A program made the translations under genes and the position numbers. The notes under the pieces were generated by a model. The model searched no databases. It saw only the letters and a list, made by a program, of their open reading frames with translations, and had not been told where the DNA came from. Source: a virus (lineage: Duplodnaviria > Caudoviricetes). From it: 37,013 nucleotides of DNA. Below, in pieces: positions 1 through 9,757 of the stretch. The DNA lies in IMG/VR virus record IMGVR_UViG_3300029258_001319, positions 1 to 37,013 of that record. The stretch is one strand, 5' to 3'. Each line of letters starts with the position of its first letter. Position 1 is the first letter of the stretch.

Positions 1-2331
1 ATTATATTAGAAAAATCCACAAACGATATTGTCGTGTTTTGTCACGATGACATTTATTTTGAAAAAAATAATTGGGGAAATAAAGTATTAAAACATTTTA
101 AAAGAAATCCTGAATACGGGATTTTAGGTGTTGCGGGTAGTACAAAATTACCTGTATCAGGTAAATGGTGGGAAGACCCCAAAAAAATGAGGGGTATAGT
201 TAATCACGAACATGAAGGAAAAAAATGGGAGTCAAAGTACTCACCAAGTTTAGGTAATAAACTTGATGATGTAGTATTGATTGACGGTCTCTTTATGGTG
301 ATAAATAAAAAAACAATAAAGAAAACCTTTAATGAAGATGTAAAAGGATTCCATATGTACGATGTGGATTTTTGTTTTAGAAACTTTGTTGAAGACGTAA
401 AGATTGGTGTTATGTACGATATACGTATTACTCACCTATCGATAGGTCAAACAAACCAACAGTGGGAAAACAATAGAAAACGTTTTGCTGATTTAAATAA
501 TGATAAACTACCATTAAAGATAGAAAAAGTTTTAGACTTAAATTCACCACTAAAAGTTTTAATATCATCACTTTTCTTTAAAACCTTTACAGGTTCTGAA
601 ATGTATGTGTATGAGTTAGCCAAAGAATTGGTAAAGTTAAATTGTGATGTTACTGTTTTATCTGACATCGAAGGACCCCTATCAAGATTTGCACAACAAT
701 CAAAAATTAAAACCTTACCACACACACAACCACCTGGTTATATTATGGGTGATGGTGTTATGGGTTTTAACACTCCACAGGGGTTTGTTAAAACGGAGTC
801 AGGTAAATTATATAGAAATGGTAGGTACGATTATGACATCGTTCACGTTCAACACAAACCAATCACTGAAAGAATTTTACAACTTTACCCTGATATACCA
901 AAGGTATCTACGATACATTCAGAGGTCATTTCATTAGAAGACCCGATATCGAATGATACCATTATGAAGTATATAACGATTCGTCCTGAAATTACTGAAA
1001 AGATAACAACTGTTGATGGTATAGATAATGAAAAGACCCAATTAGTATATAACCCTGTAGATAATAATAAATTCAACAATAGTAATGTTAGTGACAAAAA
1101 TTACATATTATTTGTGGGTAGTATTGATTACTTAAGGGAAAACACTCTAAAAGACATTTCAGAATATGCTAAGTCGATAGATAAAGAATTATGGATTGTT
1201 GGTGAAAACAAATCAAACTATTTAGACGAACTTTTAAAAGATAGTCATGTAAAACATTTTCCACCCACACAAAGAGTTGAAAAATTTGTTAAGGAATGTT
1301 CGGAAACTGCAGGAATCTTATTGGGTAGAACAACGATTGAGAGTTGGATGTGTGGTAAACCATCTTGGATATATAAAGTGGATGATAAAGGTAATATTGA
1401 ATCTAAAGAAAGAGTATTACCACCATCAGATATTGAAAAATTCTACTCTTCAGAAGTTGCGAAAACAATCAAACAAATTTATATAGATTCGATTGTAGAA
1501 TGGGAAGAACGTATCGACCAAAAAGAAAAAGATATTAGAGAAAAAATGGTTTTTAATGGTAGGTTAATTCAACCTGATAATACTAATAATTGGGGTGACT
1601 TGGTACCGTATTCAATAATAGATTCCTTATTCAATCATGACATATCAGAAGATGATGTATTCAATGTTAAAAACCCAAATAAAAAATATTCTGTCTATTC
1701 AACAGGTAGTGTTATGCACTTCACAAAAGATGATAGTATAGTTTGGGGTACTGGATGTATTGATGAAAATATGGTAGGTGATACACCTAAAAAAGTTTAT
1801 GCCGTTAGAGGTCCATTAACAAGACAACAACTGTTAAAGAGAAATATTGATTGTCCTAAAGTATATGGTGACCCAGCATTACTTTATCCTATGATTTACA
1901 ACCCTAAAGTTGAAAAGAAATATAAGTGGGGTATCATTCCACATTACATCGAATTTGAATCTGAAGAAGATAGAAACGTCATTAAAAATTTAGAAAAACA
2001 AGGATTTAAAGTTATTGATATTTGTTCAGGAGAAAAAGAGTTTATTGATGAATTATTAGAGGTTGAGAATGTAATATCATCAAGTTTACACGGTTTAATA
2101 GTTGCGGACGCTTATGGTATACCAAACGCTCGAGTTAATATATCTAACAAACTAATAGGTGGTGATTTTAAGTTTAAAGATTATTGTTTATCCGTAGATA
2201 GAGATATCGATTTAGGTCACCAACTTAATATAGACACGGAAGTTGGAGATATTGAGAATTTAAATTTTAACAAAAAAATAAAGTTTGATTCTGAACTTTT
2301 ATTGGAATCAAATCCATGGACAAGAAAATAA
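1..2331 (+). CDS. Three-domain fusion, 5'-truncated: GT2-like glycosyltransferase + GT4-like (GT-B) glycosyltransferase + polysaccharide pyruvyl transferase (ExoV-like)
   Basis: The frame is open from base 1. The N-part has FCHDDI, GVAGS, IDGLF and FHMYDVDFC. The middle has TGSEMYVYELAKEL, YNPVD and GRTTIESWMCGKP. The C-part has NWGD, VWGTG, AVRGPLTR, GDPALL, IIPHY and SSSLHGLIVADAYGIP. Confidence 0.85.
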   Translation: MILEKSTNDIVVFCHDDIYFEKNNWGNKVLKHFKRNPEYGILGVAGSTKLPVSGKWWEDPKKMRGIVNHEHEGKKWESKYSPSLGNKLDDVVLIDGLFMVINKKTIKKTFNEDVKGFHMYDVDFCFRNFVEDVKIGVMYDIRITHLSIGQTNQQWENNRKRFADLNNDKLPLKIEKVLDLNSPLKVLISSLFFKTFTGSEMYVYELAKELVKLNCDVTVLSDIEGPLSRFAQQSKIKTLPHTQPPGYIMGDGVMGFNTPQGFVKTESGKLYRNGRYDYDIVHVQHKPITERILQLYPDIPKVSTIHSEVISLEDPISNDTIMKYITIRPEITEKITTVDGIDNEKTQLVYNPVDNNKFNNSNVSDKNYILFVGSIDYLRENTLKDISEYAKSIDKELWIVGENKSNYLDELLKDSHVKHFPPTQRVEKFVKECSETAGILLGRTTIESWMCGKPSWIYKVDDKGNIESKERVLPPSDIEKFYSSEVAKTIKQIYIDSIVEWEERIDQKEKDIREKMVFNGRLIQPDNTNNWGDLVPYSIIDSLFNHDISEDDVFNVKNPNKKYSVYSTGSVMHFTKDDSIVWGTGCIDENMVGDTPKKVYAVRGPLTRQQLLKRNIDCPKVYGDPALLYPMIYNPKVEKKYKWGIIPHYIEFESEEDRNVIKNLEKQGFKVIDICSGEKEFIDELLEVENVISSSLHGLIVADAYGIPNARVNISNKLIGGDFKFKDYCLSVDRDIDLGHQLNIDTEVGDIENLNFNKKIKFDSELLLESNPWTRK

Positions 2332-2338
2332 TTAAATA

Positions 2339-2980
2339 ATGAAAATATTTGTAATATCATCCCAACGAACAGGAACAACATCCACAGGAAAATTCTTTTT
2401 ACAATCAGGTTTTAAAGTTGCAACATACGCAGTAGGACTTAAAAATTTATGGACACCAAAATGGTTTGAAGGTGACTATGAATCAATTTTTAAATCAAAT
2501 GACTTCAAAAACAATCAAGTGTTTGAAGATGACCCATGGTGGTGTGAAGATTTTTACAAATACCTATATTTCAGATTTCCAGATTCTCAGTTTGTTTTAG
2601 TTGAAAGAGATAGTGATAAATGGTTTGACTCAATGATGTCAAGAGGTAAAGGTAAAACTTTAGGTGGTACCTACCTTCATTCAAGAATTTATAATAGGGA
2701 AAGTGATTATAATAATTTAAATGTATATGAAAATGGAAAACCAAGATTTCATAATCTAAGTAAAATGGACAAATTATTACCAATGAATAATAATCATAGG
2801 GAACACTATACAAAAATTTACAAATCAAGAAATTTAGAAATAAAAAGGTTCTTTGAAAGAAATGATAAATATAGACTTATTAATGTAAAATTAGAAGACC
2901 CAAATAAATGGGAAAAAATTGCAAACCATTTTAATATCAAAAACTACCCTAAACAAATTTGGGAAAATAAATCTAAATAA
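2339..2980 (+). CDS. Sulfotransferase family protein
   Basis: PAPS-binding-like loop KIFVISSQRTGTTS, plus EDDPW and FVLVERDSDKWFDSM. Confidence 0.75.
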   Translation: MKIFVISSQRTGTTSTGKFFLQSGFKVATYAVGLKNLWTPKWFEGDYESIFKSNDFKNNQVFEDDPWWCEDFYKYLYFRFPDSQFVLVERDSDKWFDSMMSRGKGKTLGGTYLHSRIYNRESDYNNLNVYENGKPRFHNLSKMDKLLPMNNNHREHYTKIYKSRNLEIKRFFERNDKYRLINVKLEDPNKWEKIANHFNIKNYPKQIWENKSK

Positions 2981-2988
2981 TTAAACAT

Positions 2989-3594
2989 ATGAAAATTTTT
3001 TGTATTGGATTTAACAAAACAGGTACTAGGTCATTAAAGCATTTTTTTCATAACAATGGTTTTTTAACTGCACCTGTAAGACCTTTTGAGATGACCATGT
3101 CAAATTATTACTCAAAAGAGTATAAAAAAATAATTAAGTTAATTAATAATGATTATTCTAAATTTTCTTTTTTTAAAGATGTACCCTTTTCATGTCCTAA
3201 CTTTTATAAATCTTTAGATGCTGAGTATAAAAATTCAAAATTTATATTAACTATAAGGGATGATGAAAATGAGTGGTATAATTCATTAGTTCGTTTTCAT
3301 AAAAAATTTGGAGACATTAAAAAAGTTGAAACTTTTAATTATGTAAGACGTGGTTGGATGATTGAATTCTTAAATAATACTTATGGTTCATCAGTTAATA
3401 ATCCATATGATGAAAAAGTGTTAAAAAATGCTTATTTGAAACATATTAGTGATGTAAAAGAATATTTTAAGGATAGGGAGGATGATTTATTAATTATAAA
3501 TCTAAAAGATAAAGATATAGTCAATAAAATTGAGAAATTTTTAGATGTTGAATTATCGAATAAAAATGTTCCTCATTTAAATAAATCTAAATAA
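2989..3594 (+). CDS. Sulfotransferase family protein
   Basis: KIFCIGFNKTGTRSL, KDVPF, KFILTIRDDENEWYNSL and C-terminal PHLNKS. Confidence 0.8.
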   Translation: MKIFCIGFNKTGTRSLKHFFHNNGFLTAPVRPFEMTMSNYYSKEYKKIIKLINNDYSKFSFFKDVPFSCPNFYKSLDAEYKNSKFILTIRDDENEWYNSLVRFHKKFGDIKKVETFNYVRRGWMIEFLNNTYGSSVNNPYDEKVLKNAYLKHISDVKEYFKDREDDLLIINLKDKDIVNKIEKFLDVELSNKNVPHLNKSK

Positions 3595-3607
3595 TAAAAC
3601 TAAAAAA

Positions 3608-4504
3608 ATGAGATTAATTACAGGAAATGGATTGGTTGGTTCAGCGTTAGATGGGAACGTAAAAATCTCAACCAAAGATTATGATTTAAAAAACACTGAA
3701 AGTGTTAAATCAATGTTTAAATTTTATAAACCCACAGAGGTTATACATACCGCCGCGAAGGTTGGAGGTTTGGGTTCAAATATGAAATATAAAGGAGAAT
3801 ACTTTTATGATAATATTATGATGAATACTAATGTTATTGAACAAGCTAGACAAAATGGTGTTCAAAAATTAGTGGCATTTTTATCTACTTGTGTTTTTCC
3901 TGACGATGTTGAATATCCCCTAACCGAAAAAAAAATTCATTTAGGTGAACCACACTTTTCAAACAACGCATACGCATATGCTAAAAGAATGACTGATGTT
4001 CAAATTAGAGCGTACAGAGAACAATATGGTCTTCAATATAAGTCAGTAATACCAACAAACATTTATGGACCTAATGATAATTTTTCATTAACACATGGTC
4101 ACGTGATGCCGATGTTAATACACAAAATGTATTTGGCACAGAAGAATAATACCCCTTTTGAAGTGTGGGGTACCGGTAATCCATTAAGAGAGTTTATTTT
4201 TTCTAAAGATGTTGCTAAGTTGACTGAATGGGTTATGAATAATTACGATGAAGATGAACCTATTATTTTGTCCACTTCAGAAGAAATATCAATTAAAGAT
4301 TTAGTTGATTTGCTTGTTCAGGAATTTAACTTTAAAGGAGAGGTCATTTTTGATTCATCTAAACCTGACGGTCAATTTAGAAAACCATCAGATAATAGTA
4401 AAATTAAAAATTATCTTCCTGACTTTAAATTTACACCTATAGAAGAAGGGATAAAAGAAACAGTAAAATGGTTTATTGAAAATTATGAAAAAACAAGAAA
4501 ATAA
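3608..4504 (+). CDS. fcl: GDP-L-fucose synthase
   Basis: GNGLVG, AAKVGG, STCVFP, YAYAK, PTNIYGPNDNF, VWGTGNPLREF, SKPDGQ. Confidence 0.93.
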   Translation: MRLITGNGLVGSALDGNVKISTKDYDLKNTESVKSMFKFYKPTEVIHTAAKVGGLGSNMKYKGEYFYDNIMMNTNVIEQARQNGVQKLVAFLSTCVFPDDVEYPLTEKKIHLGEPHFSNNAYAYAKRMTDVQIRAYREQYGLQYKSVIPTNIYGPNDNFSLTHGHVMPMLIHKMYLAQKNNTPFEVWGTGNPLREFIFSKDVAKLTEWVMNNYDEDEPIILSTSEEISIKDLVDLLVQEFNFKGEVIFDSSKPDGQFRKPSDNSKIKNYLPDFKFTPIEEGIKETVKWFIENYEKTRK

Positions 4505-5471
4505 GATTGCATTAATAACAGGAATTAATGGACAGGACGGTTCATATTTAACTGAGTTTTTATTATATAAGGGTTACACAGTTTACGGTATTTTAAAAAG
4601 AAATTCTGTAGCTGAAAATCAAACGGCAAGATTAGATAATGTGTATGATAAAATTAAATTATTTTATGCAGATATGACAGATTTATCCTCATTGATTTCG
4701 GTTATTCAAAAAGTAATGCCAGATGAGATTTATAATTTAGCAGCACAATCACATGTAAGAATTTCATTTGACCAACCTATATATACTGCAAATGTTACAG
4801 GTCTTGGTACTTTGAATTTACTCGAAGCTGTAAGATTAATTAAACCAGATGCTAAGGTATATCAAGCATCATCTTCTGAGATGTTTGGTAATAGTATTGA
4901 TGAGGATGGATTTCAAAGAGAGACAACACCTTTAAATCCAGTATCTCCTTATGGTTGTGCTAAAGTATTTTCATATAACATTTGTAGAAATTATCGTAAC
5001 TCTTATGGAATGTTTATTTCAAATGGTATTCTATTTAATCATGAATCACCACGAAGGGGAACAAACTTTGTGACAAATAAAGTAGCTAAAGAAGCGGTAA
5101 AAATTAAGTTAGGATTGTCTAATGAACTTAAGTTAGGTAACTTAGATGCTACACGAGATTGGGGTCATGCTAAAGATTATGTAGAGGCAATGTGGATGAT
5201 ATTACAACAAGATAAATCTGACGATTATGTGTGTTCTACTGGTATATCACACGCAGTTAGAGATTTATGTGAATACACTTTTTCAAAACTTGGACTTAAT
5301 TATGATGATTACGTAAAACAAGATGAAAAATATCTAAGACCTGAAGAATTACATGATTTAAAAGGAGATTCTTCAAAATTAAGATTACACACAGGATGGA
5401 ATCCTAATTATACTTTTGAAACTATGATGGATGAAATGATTGATTATTGGTTAAATTATTTTAAATTATAA
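4485..5471 (+). CDS. gmd: GDP-mannose 4,6-dehydratase
   Basis: ITGINGQDGSYL, YNLAAQSHV, YQASSSEMFG, SPYGCAK, GILFNHESPRRG, RDWGHAKDYV. I prefer the ATG at 4485 over the TTG at 4476. Confidence 0.96.
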   Translation: MKKQENKIALITGINGQDGSYLTEFLLYKGYTVYGILKRNSVAENQTARLDNVYDKIKLFYADMTDLSSLISVIQKVMPDEIYNLAAQSHVRISFDQPIYTANVTGLGTLNLLEAVRLIKPDAKVYQASSSEMFGNSIDEDGFQRETTPLNPVSPYGCAKVFSYNICRNYRNSYGMFISNGILFNHESPRRGTNFVTNKVAKEAVKIKLGLSNELKLGNLDATRDWGHAKDYVEAMWMILQQDKSDDYVCSTGISHAVRDLCEYTFSKLGLNYDDYVKQDEKYLRPEELHDLKGDSSKLRLHTGWNPNYTFETMMDEMIDYWLNYFKL

Positions 5472-5496
5472 TAAATAAAAGCGTTATATAGAATAT

Positions 5497-6219
5497 ATGC
5501 CAACGAGAAAGCAAAGAAGTGATAATAATTTATCACAAACGAAGATGACAACTAAAGAATATATAAACTCACTTGTAAAAAAGACACCAAGAAAAAAATT
5601 CCTTTCAGAATCACAAAAAGAATATTTTGATATTTTAGAAAATAACGAAATAACTCTTTGTACAGGTCCTGCGGGAGTTGGTAAATCTTACATTGCAATG
5701 AGTGCAGCAGTTCACTTACTGTTAGACCCAAACAACTCTTATGAAAAAATAATCATTGTGAGACCAGCAGTTGAAGCTGAAGAGAAATTGGGTTCATTAC
5801 CTGGTAATGTTGAAGAAAAATTAGACCCATATATTTTCCCATCATATTACCTATTAAATAAAATCATAGGTAAAGAAGCTAGAGAAAAATTAAAGAACAC
5901 CGACATTATTGAAGTATTTGCACTAGCATACATGAGAGGTATGAATATAGATAACTCAATTCTAATTTTTGAGGAAGCTCAAAACTGTACACCAAAACAA
6001 ATGAAACTTCTTTTAACACGTATTGGGTTTAATTCTAAATTTTTCATTTCGGGAGACTTGGAACAAACGGACAGATATAAAGATAAAACACAATCAGGAT
6101 TATGGGACGCTCTAAGTAGATTTAGGGAACTAGATAAAGTAGGTATTTTTGAATTTGATTCTAAAGACATTATTAGAAACCCATTAATTACAAAGATTTT
6201 AGATAGATACGAAGAATGA
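5497..6219 (+). CDS. phoH: PhoH-family ATPase
   Basis: GPAGVGKS, RPAVEAEEKLGSLPG, AYMRG, EEAQN, LLTRIG, GDLEQTD, DIIRNPLI. Confidence 0.93.
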   Translation: MPTRKQRSDNNLSQTKMTTKEYINSLVKKTPRKKFLSESQKEYFDILENNEITLCTGPAGVGKSYIAMSAAVHLLLDPNNSYEKIIIVRPAVEAEEKLGSLPGNVEEKLDPYIFPSYYLLNKIIGKEAREKLKNTDIIEVFALAYMRGMNIDNSILIFEEAQNCTPKQMKLLLTRIGFNSKFFISGDLEQTDRYKDKTQSGLWDALSRFRELDKVGIFEFDSKDIIRNPLITKILDRYEE

Positions 6220-6827
6220 AAATAGCGATAGATACAAATGGTGTATTAAGAGATACTTTAGGTAAAGCAGAACAAGTATATCAAAAATTCTTTATTGATG
6301 ATTACATACAAGAAGAAGGTGAAGAAGATTTTGAATATAAATTAAATTTACCTATTACGAGTATGAATTTAATTGACCATTTTGTTTTTCCTAAAACAGA
6401 AGATTTGTACGATTTTTTATACGTAGATTTTCCTATGAATATATTTGGTCATGCCGCATCTGTGAGTGCTAATACTTTTAATGTAGTAAATGAAATTTAC
6501 GAGGATTTAAGAGACGACCACGAAATATCTATTATCTCAGATGAGATACAAAAGTCAAAACCAGCAACATTATTCTTCCTTTCAAAATATGGGTCTTTAG
6601 TTGAGAAAATTAATTTCTATTCTAAAATCACTATGGATGATGTAATCTCAGATTATGATGTTGTTATCACAGCTAATCCTGACATCTTAGAGAATGAGAA
6701 TTTTAATATGAAAAAAGTAAAATTCAATACATCTTATAATGAAAATATAAACTCAGAATATACAATTAATAATTTAGAAGAATTTAAAGAATTGTATGAA
6801 GAATTAAAATTAAAAGAAAATGTTTAA
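6216..6827 (+). CDS. HAD-fold 5'(3')-nucleotidase-like protein with a divergent catalytic motif
   Basis: N-terminal KIAIDTNGVLRD resembles HAD motif I (DxDGVL). C-terminal FNTSYNENI is typical of NT5C-like proteins. Confidence 0.55.
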   Translation: MKIAIDTNGVLRDTLGKAEQVYQKFFIDDYIQEEGEEDFEYKLNLPITSMNLIDHFVFPKTEDLYDFLYVDFPMNIFGHAASVSANTFNVVNEIYEDLRDDHEISIISDEIQKSKPATLFFLSKYGSLVEKINFYSKITMDDVISDYDVVITANPDILENENFNMKKVKFNTSYNENINSEYTINNLEEFKELYEELKLKENV

Positions 6828-7101
6828 AATACTAGGAGAAACATACTACTTAGATTTCAATGAATTAGATAAACAAATATCGATTGAAAAAATAGTAGTG
6901 AATGAAGATGATGAAAACCAAGGGGACCACAGTGTAAATTTGGTGAAATTTGAACTACTAAAACTAATGGTTGAAGTAGTTTTAAGTGAAAGAGAAGAAA
7001 TAGATGAAAACTTGGGTGTTTACTCAGGTAAAGATTTAAGTATTCCCTTTAGAATAGCATTTAATACATTATTAAGACATAATATACTTAAAAGTTTATA
7101 A
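6820..7101 (+). CDS. Hypothetical protein
   Basis: 93-aa ORF overlapping the upstream gene within the operon. Confidence 0.75.
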   Translation: MFKILGETYYLDFNELDKQISIEKIVVNEDDENQGDHSVNLVKFELLKLMVEVVLSEREEIDENLGVYSGKDLSIPFRIAFNTLLRHNILKSL

Positions 7102-7104
7102 TCA

Positions 7105-8169
7105 ATGGAAATAGAACAAATTCAAAAAATTGAAGCATCTATCTTAAAATTAACAGATAGAACATCAAAAATTTATTTTTTAGTACAAGATACTAAAGGA
7201 AATGCCAAGGGTTCCATAAGATACATTTATCAAATGGCACAAACATTAAAAGATAATGGGTTTAATCCAATTATGATTCACGAAGAAAAAAATTACACAG
7301 GTGTTTCAGGTTGGTTAGACGAAAAATATATGGAATTACCTCATCAATCTATTGAAGGTCAAAATCTTCAAATATCACCTGAGGATTTTATTATTATCCC
7401 TGAAATATATGGTCACGTATTAGAGCAGGTTTCTAATTTCCCATGTGGTAAAATTGTACTTTGTCAAGCATATGACCACATGTTAGAAACTTTAACACCT
7501 GGGTCTAATTGGGCACAATACGGTTTTAGAAAGGCAATAACAACAACTACAGAACAAAAAGAGTATATCAGTAATTTTATGAAAGCTACTGATATGGATA
7601 TTTTAACACCATATATCCCTGAAATTTTTAGTGTTAAAGATAAACCATCAAAACCTATTATTTCTATTCATAGTCGTGAACAAAGAAATACTGCAAAAAT
7701 AATCAAAGGGTTCTATTTGAAATACCCACAATTTAGATGGGTTACTTTTAGAGATATGAAAGGTCTTAATCAAAAAGAATTTGCAGAATATCTAAAAGAT
7801 AGTTTTGTATCTGTTTGGGTTGATGATGAATCAGGGTTTGGAACTTTCCCATTAGAATCAATGGCATCAAGAACTCCTGTAATTGGTAAAGTACCAAATA
7901 TGAAACCTGAATGGATGACCGACCACAACGGTGTTTGGACTTATGAGATGAATAACATTATCGACATTTTAGCAGAATTTACACAGAATTGGTTAGAAGA
8001 TAATATTTCAGATTCTTTATATGAAAATTCAGTTTTAACTGCTCAAAAATATTCAAATAAAGAAGAATTTGATAACAATGTTGTTTCAATGTTTAACGAA
8101 TATTTTGATGTAAGAAGAGATAGTTTCCAAACACAACTAGATAAAATGAAAGTAACAGAAGAAAATTAA
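7105..8169 (+). CDS. GT-B (GT4-like) glycosyltransferase
   Basis: DFIIIPEIY and ESGFGTFPLESMASRTPVIG (GT4 E-x7-E motif). Confidence 0.75.
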   Translation: MEIEQIQKIEASILKLTDRTSKIYFLVQDTKGNAKGSIRYIYQMAQTLKDNGFNPIMIHEEKNYTGVSGWLDEKYMELPHQSIEGQNLQISPEDFIIIPEIYGHVLEQVSNFPCGKIVLCQAYDHMLETLTPGSNWAQYGFRKAITTTTEQKEYISNFMKATDMDILTPYIPEIFSVKDKPSKPIISIHSREQRNTAKIIKGFYLKYPQFRWVTFRDMKGLNQKEFAEYLKDSFVSVWVDDESGFGTFPLESMASRTPVIGKVPNMKPEWMTDHNGVWTYEMNNIIDILAEFTQNWLEDNISDSLYENSVLTAQKYSNKEEFDNNVVSMFNEYFDVRRDSFQTQLDKMKVTEEN

Positions 8170-8171
8170 TT

Positions 8172-8975
8172 ATGGAAAATTTTAACGTATCAGTAATATT
8201 ACCTGTAGAAAGTTCAAAACATAAAGATTTTGATGAACTATTCTCAAAATCAATACAATCAATATTAAATCAGTCAGTACCTGTTAATGAATTAGTTTTG
8301 GTACACTCAGACGAAGAATCACTTGTTTCTAAAATCGAAGGTTTTGATTTTAGTGGTCTAACAGTAAATAAAGTAGTTAACAACGGTGATACTGATTTCG
8401 CATCTCAAGTAAATTTAGGTGTCTCTAACGCAAATTCAGAATGGATTTCAATCTTGGAATTTGATGATGAATATGCATCTATTTGGTTTAAAAATGTTAA
8501 AAGATATGCTGAGGCATATCCTGATATGCAAGGTTTCTTACCTATTGTTGTAGATGTTGACGAGAAAGGTGTTTTCGCAGGATTTACAAATGAAGCTACT
8601 TTCGCTGCAAGTATGAATAGTGAAATCGGTATTTTAACAAATGAAGTATTACTTAATTACCAAAATTTCCAAAGTAGTGGTCTTGTTATCAAAAAAGAAA
8701 TGTATGAGGACTTTGGTGGTTTTAAACCATCAATGAAATTAACATTTGTATATGAATTCTTACTTCGATTAACTTACAATTCTGTAAACATTATGACAAT
8801 TCCAAGAATTGGTTATAAGCACATGAACTTACGTTTTGGTTCAATCTTTTGGAACTATAAAAATGGTGAAGAGAGAGTTACTGACGATGAGGTTAAGTTT
8901 TGGTTAGAATCCGCAAAAAAAGAACACTTCTTTACCAATGATAGAGGTATAAAATATGAAGCTATCGAAGGTTAA
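8172..8975 (+). CDS. GT2 family glycosyltransferase
   Basis: VSVILPV, SIQSILNQ, NLGVSNANSEWISILEFDDE, FGGF. Confidence 0.8.
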   Translation: MENFNVSVILPVESSKHKDFDELFSKSIQSILNQSVPVNELVLVHSDEESLVSKIEGFDFSGLTVNKVVNNGDTDFASQVNLGVSNANSEWISILEFDDEYASIWFKNVKRYAEAYPDMQGFLPIVVDVDEKGVFAGFTNEATFAASMNSEIGILTNEVLLNYQNFQSSGLVIKKEMYEDFGGFKPSMKLTFVYEFLLRLTYNSVNIMTIPRIGYKHMNLRFGSIFWNYKNGEERVTDDEVKFWLESAKKEHFFTNDRGIKYEAIEG

Positions 8976-9730
8976 TGTTTTTATCCGAAACAAGTGGAAG
9001 TTCAGAAAACAAAGAAGTAAAAAAAAGAGGTCGTAAGCCAAAAACCACGACTAATTATTTTGCAGAAAGAGAAGAACATGCTGTTCGCATGTTCTTATCT
9101 GCTTGTACGGAAACTGAAAAAAATGAAATATATAACGAGTATTTACGTGCACCTTTAGATAAGATGATTGAATCTATCATCAGACGTTATAAGTTATATA
9201 GAAAAGATATGGATTTTAGAGAAATCCATCACGATACACATTCTTTTTTAATCACAAAAGTAGATAAGTTTAAACCGGCTAGAAATAAAAAGGCATATTC
9301 TTATTTTGGTACTATTTGTAAAAACTATTTAATGGGTCAAATTATAAAAGACCAAAAAGAGTTAAATAGAAAAATATCATATGAAGACATTTCAAGCTCA
9401 TTAGAAAATAGACCTGATATGGTTTATTATTTAGAACATGAAAAGGTAGAACCCGAACAAATAATCAATGAATTTTTAACAAAACTAAAAAACTTTATTG
9501 ATGAAGAAAACTTAAATACAAATGAGCAAAAATTGGGTTACGCCTTAGTTGAATTGTTTGACAATTATGATGAAATATTTATTGGTACTGATAATAATAA
9601 ATTTAATAAAAATATTATTTTATTATCTCTTCGTGAAATGACTAATTTAACAACAAAAGAAATTAGAACATCGATGAAAAAATTTAAGATTTTATATTAC
9701 GATATGATGAAAATCATTAATAACCGATAA
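8975..9730 (+). CDS. Putative phage sigma factor (T4 gp55-like, late transcription)
   Basis: Sigma region-2-like segment DKFKPARNKKAYSYFGTICKNYL, comparable to the gp55-family AYFTQI motif. It is the last gene before the late-motif-led structural genes. Confidence 0.6.
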   Translation: MFLSETSGSSENKEVKKRGRKPKTTTNYFAEREEHAVRMFLSACTETEKNEIYNEYLRAPLDKMIESIIRRYKLYRKDMDFREIHHDTHSFLITKVDKFKPARNKKAYSYFGTICKNYLMGQIIKDQKELNRKISYEDISSSLENRPDMVYYLEHEKVEPEQIINEFLTKLKNFIDEENLNTNEQKLGYALVELFDNYDEIFIGTDNNKFNKNIILLSLREMTNLTTKEIRTSMKKFKILYYDMMKIINNR

Positions 9731-9744
9731 AATCTAAATTTAGA

Positions 9745-9752
9745 TATTTATA
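9745..9752 (+). promoter_or_regulatory. Candidate late promoter TATTTATA
   Basis: Recurrent motif, 5 nt before ATG 9758. Its first base overlaps the end of the 14-bp palindrome ATCTAAATTTAGAT (9732-9745). Confidence 0.55.
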
Positions 9753-9757
9753 ATATT

